The notes: generated by a model not told the origin, from the letters alone. A stretch of DNA of 64,000 nt from Salmo salar (GCF_905237065.1 NC_059464.1:3111803-3175802), one strand, 5' to 3'. Positions 26,300-41,039 are shown, counted from the first letter of the stretch. Numbers and translations are program-made.

Positions 26300-26900
26300 C
26301 AGAAGTCCATTAAGCAATTGGTGTGAGTGCTACGGGGTTGAAGCTATGAACCCATAGCCTTGGCTCTCTCATCCTTTCCAGGCTTCTGGGAGGGAGGGTG
26401 GACAATGAGCCTGTCATAACAGATGTAAGCAATGTCCCCACAGCTTCAGGATAGTCCTCGTTGAGGAAGATATACATTCCTCTCAAGTTCTTGGCTCTTT
26501 CCAGAACAGCTACCTTGTCCTTGAACCTTAGGAACTTGACCACTATCGGCCTGGGACGGTCACCTGGGCCGGTGGTGGGTTGTCCAGTCCTGTGGCCGCG
26601 CTCCACTCTAATCTTCCTGTGGTCGATCTTCAATTTCTCAGAGATCATTTCCCTCACTTTGTCCTCAGACTCCGTCCAGGTCTCATGTGGAGATTCGTCA
26701 ATTCCGCCCCGAACCATGTTATTCTACCTTGATTGTCCCTCCCTTATCAGTCATTGTTATCATGGATTCACACACAGAACTGATGTCCTCTCTCAATGAC
26801 TTACAGATTGCTGTCATCTTGCCGTTCTCCTGTTTCAACTCATCGAGCTGAACCTGGGTAAACGGCAAAATGTTCTTCAGGTACTGGACCTCCGGTCAGG
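26300..26900 (-). mobile_element. L1-type LINE ORF1 fragment
   Basis: ORF 26310..26717: IERAHRTGQ...RPRPIVVKFLRFKDKVAVLERAKNLRG.YIFLNEDYPEAV resembles the L1 ORF1p C-terminal domain; a coiled-coil segment lies upstream. Confidence 0.7.
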
Positions 26901-27278
26901 TTGTCCATTCTTTTATTAGTTGAATCCACCAATATTTGGACAAAACACATTAAGCTGGGGGAGGGAAAATCTGATCCTAGATCTGTACCTAGGGAAAACT
27001 TCACCACAGATATAACCTCCGCATTCACACAACTCACAATAGCATAGCTACATTGTTAGGATCTCTGATCTAAATGTTACTCGGTACAGCTTCGCATTCA
27101 CACTACTAAGAACAGCATAATGCTAACGCTAGCCATGCCAATTCTAGCTCCTTGCCATAACTTTTTTCCATTGGCAAAGCTAATGTGTTAGCGTTATGCT
27201 AGTGATAGCCCTGCCATTATATTTCCCAAAAGCGATGCTAACGTGCATTAGTTTTAACAGCACAGCATCAGTGGTCAC

Positions 27279-27395
27279 CTGAGGGCCTCCAGCTCCAACA
27301 GCTCTTTCCTGGTCCTCTCTGCCTCCGCCTGGTCTGTGATCCTCTGCCTCTCCAGACGACCACGCGCCTCCTGCTCGAGACGCTCTGCCTCATGG
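27279..27395 (-). CDS. mvp: mvp coding exon 13
   Basis: ORF 27275..27478: [38 protein letters not shown]. Confidence 0.9.
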
Positions 27396-27519
27396 CTGCA
27401 GGGAGGGAAGGGAGAGAGAAATACAAAGAGAGGGAGAAGAAGAGAGAGGAACGGGGGAGAGAAGGTAACGCTTACCAAACAGGCAAAAACAACCCTGTGT
27501 GTGTCTGTCTGGTGGCAGA

Positions 27520-27650
27520 TAGCCTAGTAATTGAGAGTGTTGGGCCAGTAACTGAAAGGTTGCAAGTTCGAATCCCCGAGCCGAACTAGGTGAAAAATCT
27601 GTCAATGTGCCCTTGGGCAAGGCACTTAGCCCTAATTGCTCCTGTAAGTG
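27520..27650 (+). mobile_element. HpaI-like tRNA-derived SINE fragment
   Basis: gttgggccagtaactgaaaggttgcaagttcgaatccccgagccgaa...aaaatctgtc. Confidence 0.6.
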
Positions 27651-28126
27651 TGCATATATATATATATATGAATGGACAAAGCTATCGATCACGTGACACC
27701 ATTCATTCCTATGTGAAGACTCAATAGCGCATTGAAGCCAAATTAAGTCTTAAAATGGTGTCTCACGTGCAGCTTGAGTTACTCCAGGAAGTGAGTTGCA
27801 GGATAGCTCAGTGCTGCCCAATCTCATTAAATAACTCAAATTGAAGGCAGACAGTGGTACTGCAGGCTGCCATTAGCAAATAAATTATTATTTTAACTTC
27901 TTCTGTAATGAGATTTATATCTGTGGTATTAGAAGCAATTATTGGTACCATGTTTGTCTTCAAATGATTAAAAACAAATTCACAAAGATTGACATTTTTC
28001 CATTCACTAGAATGGGGGATCCTGTTTTATGCTTTGGCCTGCAGTACCACAGTTGACCTTGAACATCGATGGCTTCAGAGGTGGCATTCGTTCTCCCCTG
28101 GTGTGCGTGCGTGTCATGTGTCCTAC

Positions 28127-28338
28127 CGTGCGGCAGCCTCCTGGGAGTTGGTGGTGATCTCGATGGCCAGCTGGACACTCTTCTGCAGGGCGTCTCTGGT
28201 CCTCTGGTCTACCGGCTCCACTGACTGGATGTCCACACTGCTGATGACCAGACTGTTCTGGTGGAAGCGCAGGCTGGGACGCACAGTCAGCTTGTCATCA
28301 AAGCCAAACACAGAGGAGCAGATGATCCGGTTGGAGTT
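28127..28338 (-). CDS. mvp: mvp coding exon 12
   Basis: ORF 28123..28410: [13 protein letters not shown]...[40 protein letters not shown]. Confidence 0.9.
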
Positions 28339-28539
28339 CTGTAGAGTTGAGGGGGTTAAAGAAGACGTTAAAGCATGGTGTGTTATTCTTGTCTTTGAAT
28401 CAATTGGCATCTGTTTTCCTAAGCGGTGTATAGGCCTACCTAACTACGATAGCTAAGGGCTGGAGGCCATGTAGAATTTAAAAAAGTGTATTAAAAAGCC
28501 AGAAAAGCGCAGATTTAGATGATTGAAGTGTGGACGGAC

Positions 28540-28684
28540 CTTGTGAAAGTCGTCAAACTGCACTGAGGCGACGGCTCCTCTGACGCGGGAGGCGATGGCT
28601 TTACAGGCATCCCCCACAAAGTCAGGCACCGAGAACAGAGCCGCAGCCTGGGACGGGTCCGCAGGAGACTTCAGGTCAAAGTGC
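28540..28684 (-). CDS. mvp: mvp coding exon 11
   Basis: ORF 28453..28737: [48 protein letters not shown]. Confidence 0.9.
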
Positions 28685-28827
28685 CTGAGAGAGAAAGAGA
28701 GAGCGAGAGAGAGGGGAGGTAGAGATATTAAATACATCAGCTGGCCTACAGACTAGACTAAGGACACCAAATCGCAGAGGATCCTCAAACACACACGTCG
28801 TCGTCGTCCCCCACCCACAAACCCTAC

Positions 28828-29025
28828 CAGTTGTAGCTGAGCTGCAGCTGCAGGCGTGCGTGGTCGGCCGTCTCTATGGTGATGATGTCAGTGAAGAAGT
28901 CCGGCCCCAGCAGCAGACACACGGCCTTGATGACGTTGGCCCTCTTGGGCTTGTCCCCTGACAGGGACAGCACGGTGAACTGCTCATCAGGACCCAACAT
29001 TACCATCTCTGGCCCAAACACCACC
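28828..29025 (-). CDS. mvp: mvp coding exon 10 (shoulder domain)
   Basis: ORF 28824..29024: [66 protein letters not shown]. Confidence 0.9.
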
Positions 29026-29104
29026 CTGAGAGAGGGGAGGGAGAAAAGGAGGGAGGGAGGACAAGACAGGAGAGGGGGGTGGGAAGAGAGAGGGAGGGCG
29101 AAAG

Positions 29105-29200
29105 GGAAAAGTTAACACTAGGGGCCCAATGTTGCTCTGGTCAAAAGTAGTGCACTATATAGGGAATAGGGTGCCATTTGGAATGCAGCCCTGTGCTAGT
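29105..29200. repeat. short dispersed palindromic salmonid repeat (other copies at 29590-29700 and 54935-55030)
   Basis: ggtcaaaagtagtgcactatatagggaatagggtgccatttgg core shared by all three. Confidence 0.6.
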
Positions 29201-29263
29201 ATATGGGTTGTTTCTGGACAGGGCCAGTGCCTCCACATTCGTCTGTCTGTCAGCCATGTTTAC

Positions 29264-29499
29264 CTGGCCTTCTTCTCCCTGTAGTCGTAGACCTGCACGG
29301 CAGCGTTGTGGGGAACCCTGTAGGACACCACCTTGGTCTTGTCCCGGTCCTTCACCTCCACTTCCTTGCTGCGGTCCGAGCGGTCAGCCAGGGGGTCCTT
29401 TGTGGAGGCCAGGAGGGTCTCAACATTCTGAGGCAGATTCTTCGCCCACAGCTCCTCGTCCTGCGTCAGCATGTAGGTGTGGCCAATCACAGCACGGAC
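29264..29499 (-). CDS. mvp: mvp coding exon 9
   Basis: ORF 29260..29490: [20 protein letters not shown]...[22 protein letters not shown]. Confidence 0.9.
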
Positions 29500-32400
29500 C
29501 TAGAGCCAGGCAGCCAATGGGGGAGAGGGATGGTGAGAGGTGGGTGGGGATTTAAGGCTGATAAATAACAGGTGACTGGATTCCCTGGATCATTCGAATC
29601 AGGTGTTTTAGTGTACGTCCCAAATGGCCCCCCTACAGTACACGGTGCACTAGTTTTGACCAGAGTCCTGTGGGCCCTGGTCAATAGTGCACTATATCAT
29701 AGGCACCTGAGCAATGGAGCAGGTGCAATCCCGCTTTGTTTTTTACCATAAAAGTATCAATTGGGAATGTCATTTTCAATGACTAGTAATGTTTTGAGCT
29801 AGTCTATATTAAAATACATATGTCGATGTTATATAATAATTAAAGCTGCAATATGTAACTTTTTGGGCGACCCGACCAAATTCACATAGAAGTGAGAGTT
29901 ACAGATAGACTTGCTTTCATTGAGAATGACAGCTCTGAGAAGAAGTAGATCTGTTCCATGTGCACTACTTCTACGCTATATTTCAGTGGTTTAGATGGTA
30001 CAATAATGCTTATTTTGTCACAAACAAAAATTAGGCAAACTATTAGAATTTTAGCAACCAGGAAACGGTGGAGCGATTTCTACATATTGCATTTTGCACA
30101 CCCTCCCCCGTCGCCTCAAGATGAATGTTTAGCCCACTGGAAAGTTTTTTGCTTCCCTCCCGCATGCCACTGTGTTGGTTCAGTGCAGTTAGAAAGCACT
30201 AGTTGCACCACTGGCGTTTCAAATGAATAAATGCATTGTGGCGTACAGCAGGTCAGCCACCAGGGGGAGACTCGTCGAGGCCTGGTAACAGATGGAGTAT
30301 ACATCACGAGGCGATGGCTCCATCTGCTGGATGTGCCAGGTCTCGAAGGGTGATCCGGCCAGGACTAATTGGGGCTGATTGGGAGTAATCAAGGGCTGCC
30401 TGCTCACCAGCTGTGCAAGGCCAATAAAGCTGCCAGAAGGGCAGCACACAGGGAGAGAGTGGGGAAGAAAGGACTCCTGTATAGTTGGGGACGGTTATAG
30501 AGGTAACAGGAGTTACAGTTTTGCAGTTTTGACCCCGACAGGATACAGCAAGACCTGGAGCCCAGAAGATGGTATCCCGGAGAGGGTCTCATGGGGAGAC
30601 CTATCGTTTTCTTTTTGATTTATTATTTAAATAAACACCCTCGAAACCGAGCTAATAATACACTGTCCGTGTCTGATCTGTGTAAACGTCTTGACCAAAC
30701 CCCCTGGTCAGCCACAGTATCCATTTTGTTGTGCCACTACATTTGTATCATTGTTTCATGTCCGATGCACTCAGGGTGTTTGTTGTTACATATCTTTTGA
30801 GAGGTGTGCACCATTTCACTTTGCCTGTACGAACCATGGTGAGCACGGGCATGTCTGATTTAGGCTTTGCTGGACATCTGGCTTTCTCACCCAATCGGTT
30901 TTGAGAAGGAGAGAGGATGCAATTGAGATTCTCCCACTGACTACGTAGCCTTCCATCAGCCTAGAAAATATTTCACCTTCGCAGAAAACTGCATGTCCGG
31001 TGGCTCGCAATGAGTAGTTCACAAGAAGATTCTGAGAAATAATCAGTAGGCCTAATATTACATGACTAAATCTGTGAAATAATTTCTCCCCAAGCTGTTT
31101 AGAGGCATTTAACACCATTCTGCATTTGCATCATAGTTTTCCAACATTAAAAATCAGTTAAAATGTTCTCATTCGGTTACAAAAGTAACAGTCCTGACTG
31201 AGCCCCATATGCAAGCGGACCGTAGCCGCTTTGCGGTTATAACCCGGAAGCCAGTGCGGCTGGCTTCCGGGTTAAGCAGGTGAGTGTTAAGAAGCGCAGC
31301 TTGGCGGGTCATGTTTCAGAGTACTTATGACTCGACCTTCGCCTCCCAAGCCCGTTGGGGAGTTGGAGCGATGAGACAAGGTCGAAATTGGGGAGAAAGG
31401 GGGTAAAATACAACAACAAAACCCAAAATATATAAAAACACTTCACTGGAACTAAGGGACCTACCCCGAACCATAAAAAACAGTCCCAGACCATTATTCC
31501 TCCTCCACCAAACTTTACAGTTGGCACTATGCATTGGGGCAGGTAATATGCATGTTTCTCCTTATAAATCAGACCGGTCGTAAAACTGTGTGTGAACAAG
31601 CATTAAAACTCTGCCTGGAAAACACCCTCCATTCAACCTTTTGATGTTGAAAATAACACCTGTTATTTTCTGTATACATTGGAACTATTGGAATTAAGCC
31701 ACAGCAGTTTCTAAAAGAGCAATGGCAATTTTGATCACATTTCTGCAGGTGTGAGCAGAATGTTTTGATATTTTGCAGAGACTTTTTCAAACTAAACATG
31801 CATGCTGTCTATAGCGATTGCCTGTCCGTGCATTCAGCAAGATTGATAGTATATTCGAAACAACTTAAGTAGGCTAAATGCAAAAGAAGAATTGTTCAAT
31901 ATTTCATTTATCAATAAATTATGTTTCTAGGTCCTGCCATGGTATAGGCTCTGAGATTAATAGGCAATGATGCTGTGCTCCAATCGCACAGCAATAGCCT
32001 ATCCGTAGGCCTCCTGTCAAATATTTTACATAAGTTACCGGTATATTTACTGTGTTGGCAGAATGTTTTAATCTTTTGCAGTAATTTATTTCGGTTGGCA
32101 TTTATTGAGATGGCTCATGTAATGGAAGCAGCTCTGCAGAATGGTCAATAGTTGGCAAAGCCACAAAGTCATGAAATCTGATTTTAAACCTAACTCTAAC
32201 CTTAACCACACTGCTAACCCCAATACCTTAAATTAAGACTAAAAAGCACATTTTTGTTCTATTTGAATGATATAGTCAATTTTGACTATGCAGCTGACCC
32301 ATCTAGCTAAACCACTCAGTTCTGCTTCCAGGGCCAGACTCATTACAAAAATGTCACCCTGCGTAATTCATGCTGTATCTGGCAAAGGACTGTGTCAAAA

Positions 32401-33345
32401 TGGTTGCGGACCTGTCAGCAGAACGTTTGAATTCAACAATGTTTTGCGTCGACTTTTCCCCAACCTAAACATGGGCTGCCCACGAATTCTGAAACATTGC
32501 CTATGGCTGGCTACAAAATTAAAAACATTTAAAAAGCAATTACAGAAGCGTACAGTAGGCCTACTTCAATGCAAAAGATAAACAGTTTACCTGTTCAATT
32601 TGACTGTATATTATAAACTGCAGTGCCTATGGGATTGCAAAACTTGATAAAGCCAATTATCTATTTACTAGGTCCAATTAAGTGAGCGATGCACATGGTA
32701 ATGTGTTGTATGGCTACTTCAGGAATATGAACTTCATCACAAGCCAGAAAAGGTGAGGAATTTATTTTGCAATGGTTATGAAAATAAAATAAATAGGAAG
32801 ATTCCTATGTCTTAATTATTTTAGATTAAAAACATGTTTAAAAGATTTTTGCTCTTCTCACTAACAGCAAATGGCTGAATTCTTGTTTATGCCTTTCCTG
32901 CTTTTAAATGTTCATAATTTCCCCCATTTTCACTAAATAGCCTACTTACTTGCCAGCTTTCAATACAATATTTCAACCACTAGCAGATGTGCATACACAT
33001 GGTCTAAAGTTTGCAGAGAGGTGAGCACATTCTCACATCAAAATTGTTTTAATATAAATGCCAACTTGTGTGAAAACTGGAGCACCCACATGTCGGGGTG
33101 TATTTTGTACATAAGCACAGTTTATAAATGGAGGCCCCTGGTCCCCAAGACGTGGAGAGATACTGTCCACTAGGAGGAATGTGAGCGCCTATTACCATCT
33201 AGTTAAACCGTGAGCTACGGCTCTTAAGATGGTGGGTTCAATCCCAATGCTAGGCACTTGTTTACATTTTTTCTGTTTTAACAGCCCATCTCAAACCTTA
33301 AACAGTTGGAATGAATGCCAAACATTTAGCTGGGTAAAAACTCAC

Positions 33346-33555
33346 CTTTCCTGTCTTGATGTCTCGGACATAGATCCCTTCATTCTCGTCCAATGGGATG
33401 GCCTGTCGCCGTAGCATCACCTCCACGGCAGCCGGGGGGACGTACTCGATTGGTCCACGTAGCATCCAGCGGTCACCGGGGCGACGTTGGACTCCACCCC
33501 TCCGGGAGAGCTTGGCCCTCTCCTCCTCCTCCTCCTCTTCCTCTTCCTCCTCCTG
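33346..33555 (-). CDS. mvp: mvp coding exon 8 (begins with a poly-Glu tract; acceptor at 33556 or 33553)
   Basis: ORF 33298..33735: Q(E)~11[58 protein letters not shown]. Confidence 0.85.
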
Positions 33556-33775
33556 CTGGCAGAGAGGAGAGGAGGAGGGAGAGAGTGAAGGGGAGAGAGA
33601 AGGAGAGTGGGGGAAAATGAGAGAGAGAAAGAGAGTGTACATTGAATGGATTGTGTACCGGCCAAACCAGTCAGTCCTGTTAAGGATCGTTGTTGTATTT
33701 GACTGAGGTGCATTCGTTTCCCCTCCCATCTGCATTTAAATTCTTCCACCATTCCCTCTCCCCCTCTTTCCTCAC

Positions 33776-33901
33776 CTCCTGTGTATCTTTGAAGGCCTCT
33801 ACGGCCCTCAGCACCAGGCCCTCCTCCTCAGAGAGAATATAAACGTCCTGGATGCCCTCCTCTAAGTGCTCCCCTGGCTGCAGGAAGAACGAACGCTCAC
33901 C
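33776..33901 (-). CDS. mvp: mvp coding exon 7
   Basis: [42 protein letters not shown] vs human [39 protein letters not shown]. Confidence 0.85.
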
Positions 33902-34092
33902 CTGGGAGGAGGAGAGAGAGCAGTGTTAAATTAAAGCTAATTGGGGAAGTGACTAAAAGCTACAAAAGGCAAATTAATAAACAAACAAAGTCACTGAACT
34001 TCCTCACCAGTGTGTAAAACAGCAATGAGTGACTAAACAAACATTTTACCAAACAAAGGAGTGAAAGACAGCGCTCTCTTTCACAGTCTCAC

Positions 34093-34329
34093 CTTGCACA
34101 CCCTCTTCTGACCCAGCTGTGGTTTACCGTCTGGTCCCACCGGGTCCAGGATCACACAGTACTGACGGCTGCTCAGCGTGGTCACGTTGACCACTCCCAC
34201 CACTTCCTCGGCAACAGACGGGATGTGTGCCTCCCGCTCCGCCATGGTAACAAGCCACTCTTCCCCAGTGCGCCGGTCCCGCCCCCCGGCGTCACGGAAT
34301 GGCCGTAGTGCTCGCACGTGCAGTGCTTT
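34093..34329 (-). CDS. mvp: mvp coding exon 6
   Basis: ORF 34081..34317: [39 protein letters not shown]...[23 protein letters not shown]. Confidence 0.9.
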
Positions 34330-35099
34330 CTGAGAGTGAAAAAAAACATGAATTTGTTTAGGGAGGTCCTAAGAAGCATCATAAGACTAATAACATGTAT
34401 TTTCTAAAGAATAGAAGAGCATATGGAGTTTAATTAGGCCTATGTTACGGGTCAGTGCAGCCCTGGCTGCGCCATTCAAATGAAATCAATAGTTTGTTAT
34501 TTTGTTTATTAAAACAGACAAGACACACCTATCCGATCACAGTCAGACATATTTTATAGTAAGAATATAATGGAATATTACAGAATAAAATACAAATAAT
34601 ATTTTTCCCACGGGGATGTGTGGAACCGCTATCAAATAAAAATAAAAGTTATATTTTGAAACATGCATTCTTTTTTAATCCACGTTTCATCCCTTTCCTA
34701 CCCTCACTCCACCTCGTTAGGTGCAGGATCTTATCTTCATCATGATACCGATAGAAAATAACATCCAATCCTATTTTCAAAAACATGTGAGTCTCATATT
34801 CATATTTCACAACCTCCGAGGGTTTTTGGAGTTGCTAATACGCAAGCAAAATAATAGGTCTACTCTTGATTTAGGCCACATTGCACCAAAAAAAAAAAAT
34901 GGATCAGCGAATATATGAGATATACCACCTCCACTTGTTTGCCCAGCCAGAAACCAATTAAACAAATAGCCTATACAGATGGAAATTCAGTGAAACAAAA
35001 TCACATTAATTGATTGATTATCAGTCAGTCAAATAACAGGCTTTTGGTCAGGAATAGGCATAGGCTACTAAGCAACTGCGAGTGAAGAGCAAAATAATC

Positions 35100-35460
35100 C
35101 AATAGTTAAACTATTGGAGACCGCCAATCAAGAGGATTGAGGGGGAGAACAAGAGATGGTGAATGAATAAAAAAAATAAAGGGCGGGAGAGAGGAGGGAA
35201 AAGTAAAGAGAGGGGGAAAGAGGAGGGAGAGGGAATAAATGGTGAAGAGAGAGGCGAGAGAAGGAAGGTGAGTGATAGGTCAAAGAGAGGGAGAGAAAGG
35301 AGGGAGGGGGAGTAAATGGTGAAGAGAGGAGGAATGAGGAGTGATTGGTAAAGAGGGAGAGTGATAGATAAAGTGAGGGAGCGAGGAGGGGGGGTTATAA
35401 GTAAAGCAAGGGATGGAGAGAAGGGGAGTGCTAGATAAAGTGAGGGCGAGAGAGGAGGGC
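35100..35460. repeat. GA-rich imperfect minisatellite (CT-rich in the mvp pre-mRNA), abutting the donor of mvp exon 5
   Basis: repeated ...aatggtgaagagagaggcgagagaaggaagg / gagggagagaaaggagggagg units. Confidence 0.75.
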
Positions 35461-35468
35461 GGTGTTAC

Positions 35469-35563
35469 CTTGTCAGTGAGGATGAAAGCGTTGACGATGT
35501 CAAGGACCTCCTCATGAGCTCCTGGTAGATACGCCCCCACCTTTATCACCTGCCACTCCTCAC
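35469..35563 (-). CDS. mvp: mvp coding exon 5
   Basis: ORF 35280..35579: [31 protein letters not shown]. Confidence 0.9.
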
Positions 35564-35715
35564 CTGGACAAACACACACAGGGAATCACTCAGCTAGGTA
35601 GGTGTGTGTGTGTGTGTGTGCAAATCTGTGTATGATAGTGATACAACATCTGCTGCTTTTGTGTACATACATTATATGCACAATAAAAATATAAAATACA
35701 GTATATGTGTCTCAC

Positions 35716-35847
35716 CAGTGACCCTGCGGACTCCGCTCCTGTCCACTCCCTCCTTGCGTGCTCGGAGGCGGATGGCCTGGTTCTCTTTGATCACCGTGGC
35801 CTTGATGGTCTCCAGCACTGCCACCTCCTTCCTGGGGATGTACGTCC
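35716..35847 (-). CDS. mvp: mvp coding exon 4
   Basis: [44 protein letters not shown] vs human [32 protein letters not shown]...RVTG. Confidence 0.85.
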
Positions 35848-36651
35848 CTATGGGGGGGGGGGGGGCAGAGGTTAGGGGTCGGGGGTTAGAGAAGCATTAT
35901 TAGGCAATCAGGCTGTGTTTGGAAATCGGGTACTACATACTGTTTGGAATGTCAAATAAAATAGTCTTTGTCACGTGCCGAATACAACAGGTGAAATGCC
36001 CTTAACCAACAATGCAGTTAAGAAAAAAATAACTAAAAAAAAAAGAATAAGAAATAAAAGTAACAAATAATTCAAGAGCAGCAGAATATACAGAGGGCAC
36101 CGGTACAGAGTCAATGTGCAGGGGCACCGGTTAGTCGAGGTAATATGTACATGTAGGTAGCGTTATTAATGTGACTATGCATAGATAATAACAGAGTAGC
36201 ACCAGCAATGCAAATAGTCTGGGTAGCTATTTGATTAGATGTGCAGGAGTCTTATGGCTTGGGGGTAAAAGCTGTTTAGAAGCTTCTTGGACCTAGACTT
36301 GGCGCGCAGGTACCACTTGCCATGAGGTAGCAGAGAGAACAGTATATGACTAGGGTGGAATGTACTATGTTTTTTGCATACTACTTTTTTCTACTACTTG
36401 TTATTTTTTATTGATATTTGTACTGCATTGTTGAGGGAGCTTGCAAGAAAGTATTTCACTGCACCTTTTATACCTGCTGTAAACTGTGTACGTGATGAAT
36501 CAAATTAGAAACAAATTGAAAGAGCACTAGTTATCTTGTTAAAACAATGCTCAGATTTGGTAAAAAAATATACACATTCATCAATATGACCCCTGTAAGG
36601 ACCGAAGGAAATTGTAATGGATGTGTTAGGAGTTGTACCCAGAGAACTCAC

Positions 36652-36775
36652 CTGGCCCTTCGAACAGCCACTCATCTCCAGCCACCCTCTTCTCTCCTCC
36701 CACCTCCTCAAAGTCCAGCAGAGCCTGAAGGCGCAGGGCGGTGTCTGGGTAGACGATCTGCAGCGCTGTCACGTG
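36652..36775 (-). CDS. mvp: mvp coding exon 3
   Basis: ORF 36626..36835: [42 protein letters not shown]. Confidence 0.9.
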
Positions 36776-36795
36776 CTGGGAGGGGAGAGCACGCA

Positions 36796-38455
<1,660 letters not shown>

Positions 38456-40545
38456 AAAAAAATAAAGGGAACACTTAAACAACACATCCTAGATCTGAAT
38501 GAAAGAAATTATCTTATTAAATACTTTTTTCTTTACATAGTTGAATGTGCTGACAACAAAAATCACACAAAAATAATCAATGGAAATCCAATTTATCAAC
38601 CCATGGAGGTCTGGATTTGGAGTCACACTGAAAATTAAAGTGGAAAACCACACTACAGGCTGATCCAACTTTGATGTAATGTCCTTAAAACAAGTCAAAA
38701 TGAGGCTCAGTAGTGTGTGTGTGTGGCCTCCACGTGCCTGTATGACCTCCCTACAACGCCTGGGCATGCTCCTGATGAGGTGGCGGATGGTCTCGTGAGG
38801 GATCTCCTCCCAGACCTGTGCTAAAGCATCCGCCAACTCCTGGACAGTCTGTGGTGCAACGTGGCGTTGGTGGATGGAGCGAGACATGATGTCCCAGATG
38901 TGCTCAATTGGATTCAGGTCTGGGGAATGGGCGGGCCAGTCCATAGCATCAATGCCTTCCTCTTGCAGGAACTGCTGACACACTCCAGCCACATGAGGTC
39001 CAGCATTGTCTTGCATTAGGAGGAACCCAGGGCCAACCGCACCAGCATATGGTCTCACAAGGGGTCTGAGGATCTCATCTCGGTACCTAATGGCAGTCAG
39101 GCTACCTCTGGCGAGCACATGGAGGGCTGTGCGGCCCCCCAAATAAATGCCACCCCACACCATGACTGACCCACCGCCAAACCGGTCATGCTGGAGGATG
39201 TTGCAGGCAGCAGAACGTTCTGCACGGCGTCTCCAGACTCTGTCACGTCTGTCACTTGCTCAGTGTGAACATGCTTTCATCTGTGAAGAGCACAGGGCGC
39301 CAGTGGCGAATTTGCCAATCTTGGTGTTCTCTGGCAAATGCCAAACGTCCTGCACGGTGTTGGGCTGTAAGCACAACCCCCACCTGTGGACGTCGGGCCC
39401 TCATACCACCCTCATGGAGTCTGTTTCTGACCGTTTGAGCAGACACATGCACATTTGTGGCCTGCTGGAGGTCATTTTGCAGGGCTCTGGCAGTGCTTCT
39501 CCTGCTCCTCCTTCCACAAAGGCGGAGGTAGCGGTCCTGCTGCTGGGTTGTTGCCCTCCTACGGCCTCCTCCACGTCTCCTGATGTACTGGCCTGTCTCC
39601 TGGTAGCGCCTCCATGCTCTGAACACTACGCTGACAGACACAGCAAACCTTCTTGCCACAGCTCGCATTGATGTGCCATCCTGGATGAGCTGCACTACCT
39701 GAGCCACTTGTGTGGGTTGTAGACTCCGTCTCATGCTACCACTAGAGTGAAAGCACCGCCAGCATTCAAAAGTGACCAAAACATCAGCCAGGAAGCATAG
39801 GAACTGAGAAGTGGTCTGTGGTCCCCACCTGCAGAACCACTCCTTTATTGGGGGTGTCTTGCTAATTGCCTATAATTTCCACCTGTTGTCTATTCCATTT
39901 GCACAACAGCATGTGAAATTTATTGTCAATCAGTTGTGGCAAAGAAGGGGGTCGAGTGATAAATGGCAGATATGTGAGGGCAGAACTAATAAACGGGCTC
40001 TGCCTGATCACTAAAATGGCCACCCCGATCAGAACTACAGATCACAAAATGGCGACCGCCAAAACTACAATTCCCAGAAGCAAGGGGAACCCTCAGAAGG
40101 TGGAGCCGACCCACAGATAAAAGGTCAAGAAAAACCAGGAAGAGAGCGGGAAGGATCTATGAACCATAGAGACAATCTACATTGGCTGGATTTACCGTGT
40201 ACGAGCTGGACTGTTTTGGACTTACCTGTTGGCGTTTAGACCTGGACCTACCCGAGAACCAGATTTGTGTACCGAACCCTGCTATCCTTGACCTTACCTG
40301 CGGCCTGGGTGGACCAGGACAGCGAAACAAACACACAGGTACTGTCATGTTCGAAAGAACTTTCATTCTGGGCTGACTTTGGTGACAGTTTCCCACTTAA
40401 TTTGTGACAAACGCTCCTAACTTTGAAGAGGTTTGCCACACAGTGTTGCTTCCTAAGTGGACAGTTTGATTTCACAGAAGTGTGATTGACTTGGAGTTAC
40501 ATTGTGTTGTTTAAGTGTTCCCTTTATTTTTTTGAGCAGTGTATA
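38456..40545 (-). mobile_element. second copy of Tc1-like family A, opposite orientation to 20836-22430, carrying an extra ~500-bp internal segment (~39940-40445)
   Basis: ORFs 38489..39163 and 39252..39779 are near-identical to the copy-1 transposase; the same ITRs are present. Confidence 0.85.
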
Positions 40546-40793
40546 AAAAAAAGAGATTAACACCCATGTAAAAAGAATTGCTTCAACTCTCCAAACTTAT
40601 AATGCCTAGGCTTTAACTCCGCAGACTAACACAATTGTAGCATGCAGGAGAACCAGGTTAGCACCCAGGTCCCAGACAGTTATATTATCTTGTGTGCTGA
40701 GCAATCTCTGCACTGAGACCTGAAGACTTGCATCAGCTCCCTGCACTACTAACACCTAGGCTTTAGCGCTGACATCTAACAAACAGACCGTAC

Positions 40794-40989
40794 CTGCTGG
40801 ATGTCCTCTCCAGGGTAGAGGGGGAAGGGGTCCTGGGTGAGTCGGATCTCCAGGTCGGCATGGCGAAGCTTGGCCTGTCCTGATTGGTCAAAGAGCACCT
40901 GTCCTTGGTCGTCGCGAGCAACGGGGTTGAGAACCACGCAGTAGTGGCGAGGAGGGACCATGGTCATTCGCACGGGGGAGAACAGCACT
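40794..40989 (-). CDS. mvp: mvp coding exon 2
   Basis: ORF 40776..41009: [66 protein letters not shown]. Confidence 0.9.
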
Positions 40990-41039
40990 CTGAGGAGGGC
41001 ACAATACAATCACCTACTGACTGAAATACAAGTCTACAC

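Noticed and set aside
28970-29030. Apparent 1-nt frameshift in mvp exon 10 when reading the printed sequence (gaac/ctgctc)
   Set aside because: The supplied ORF track (28824..29024) is continuous and matches MVP (…DEQFTVLS…). I treat this as my own reading or indexing error, not a pseudogene lesion, and I anchored the exon to the ORF track.
33393-33706. Plus-strand poly-Ser/Pro ORFs (…[12 protein letters not shown]…, …[11 protein letters not shown]…)
   Set aside because: Antisense translation of the mvp poly-Glu exon.
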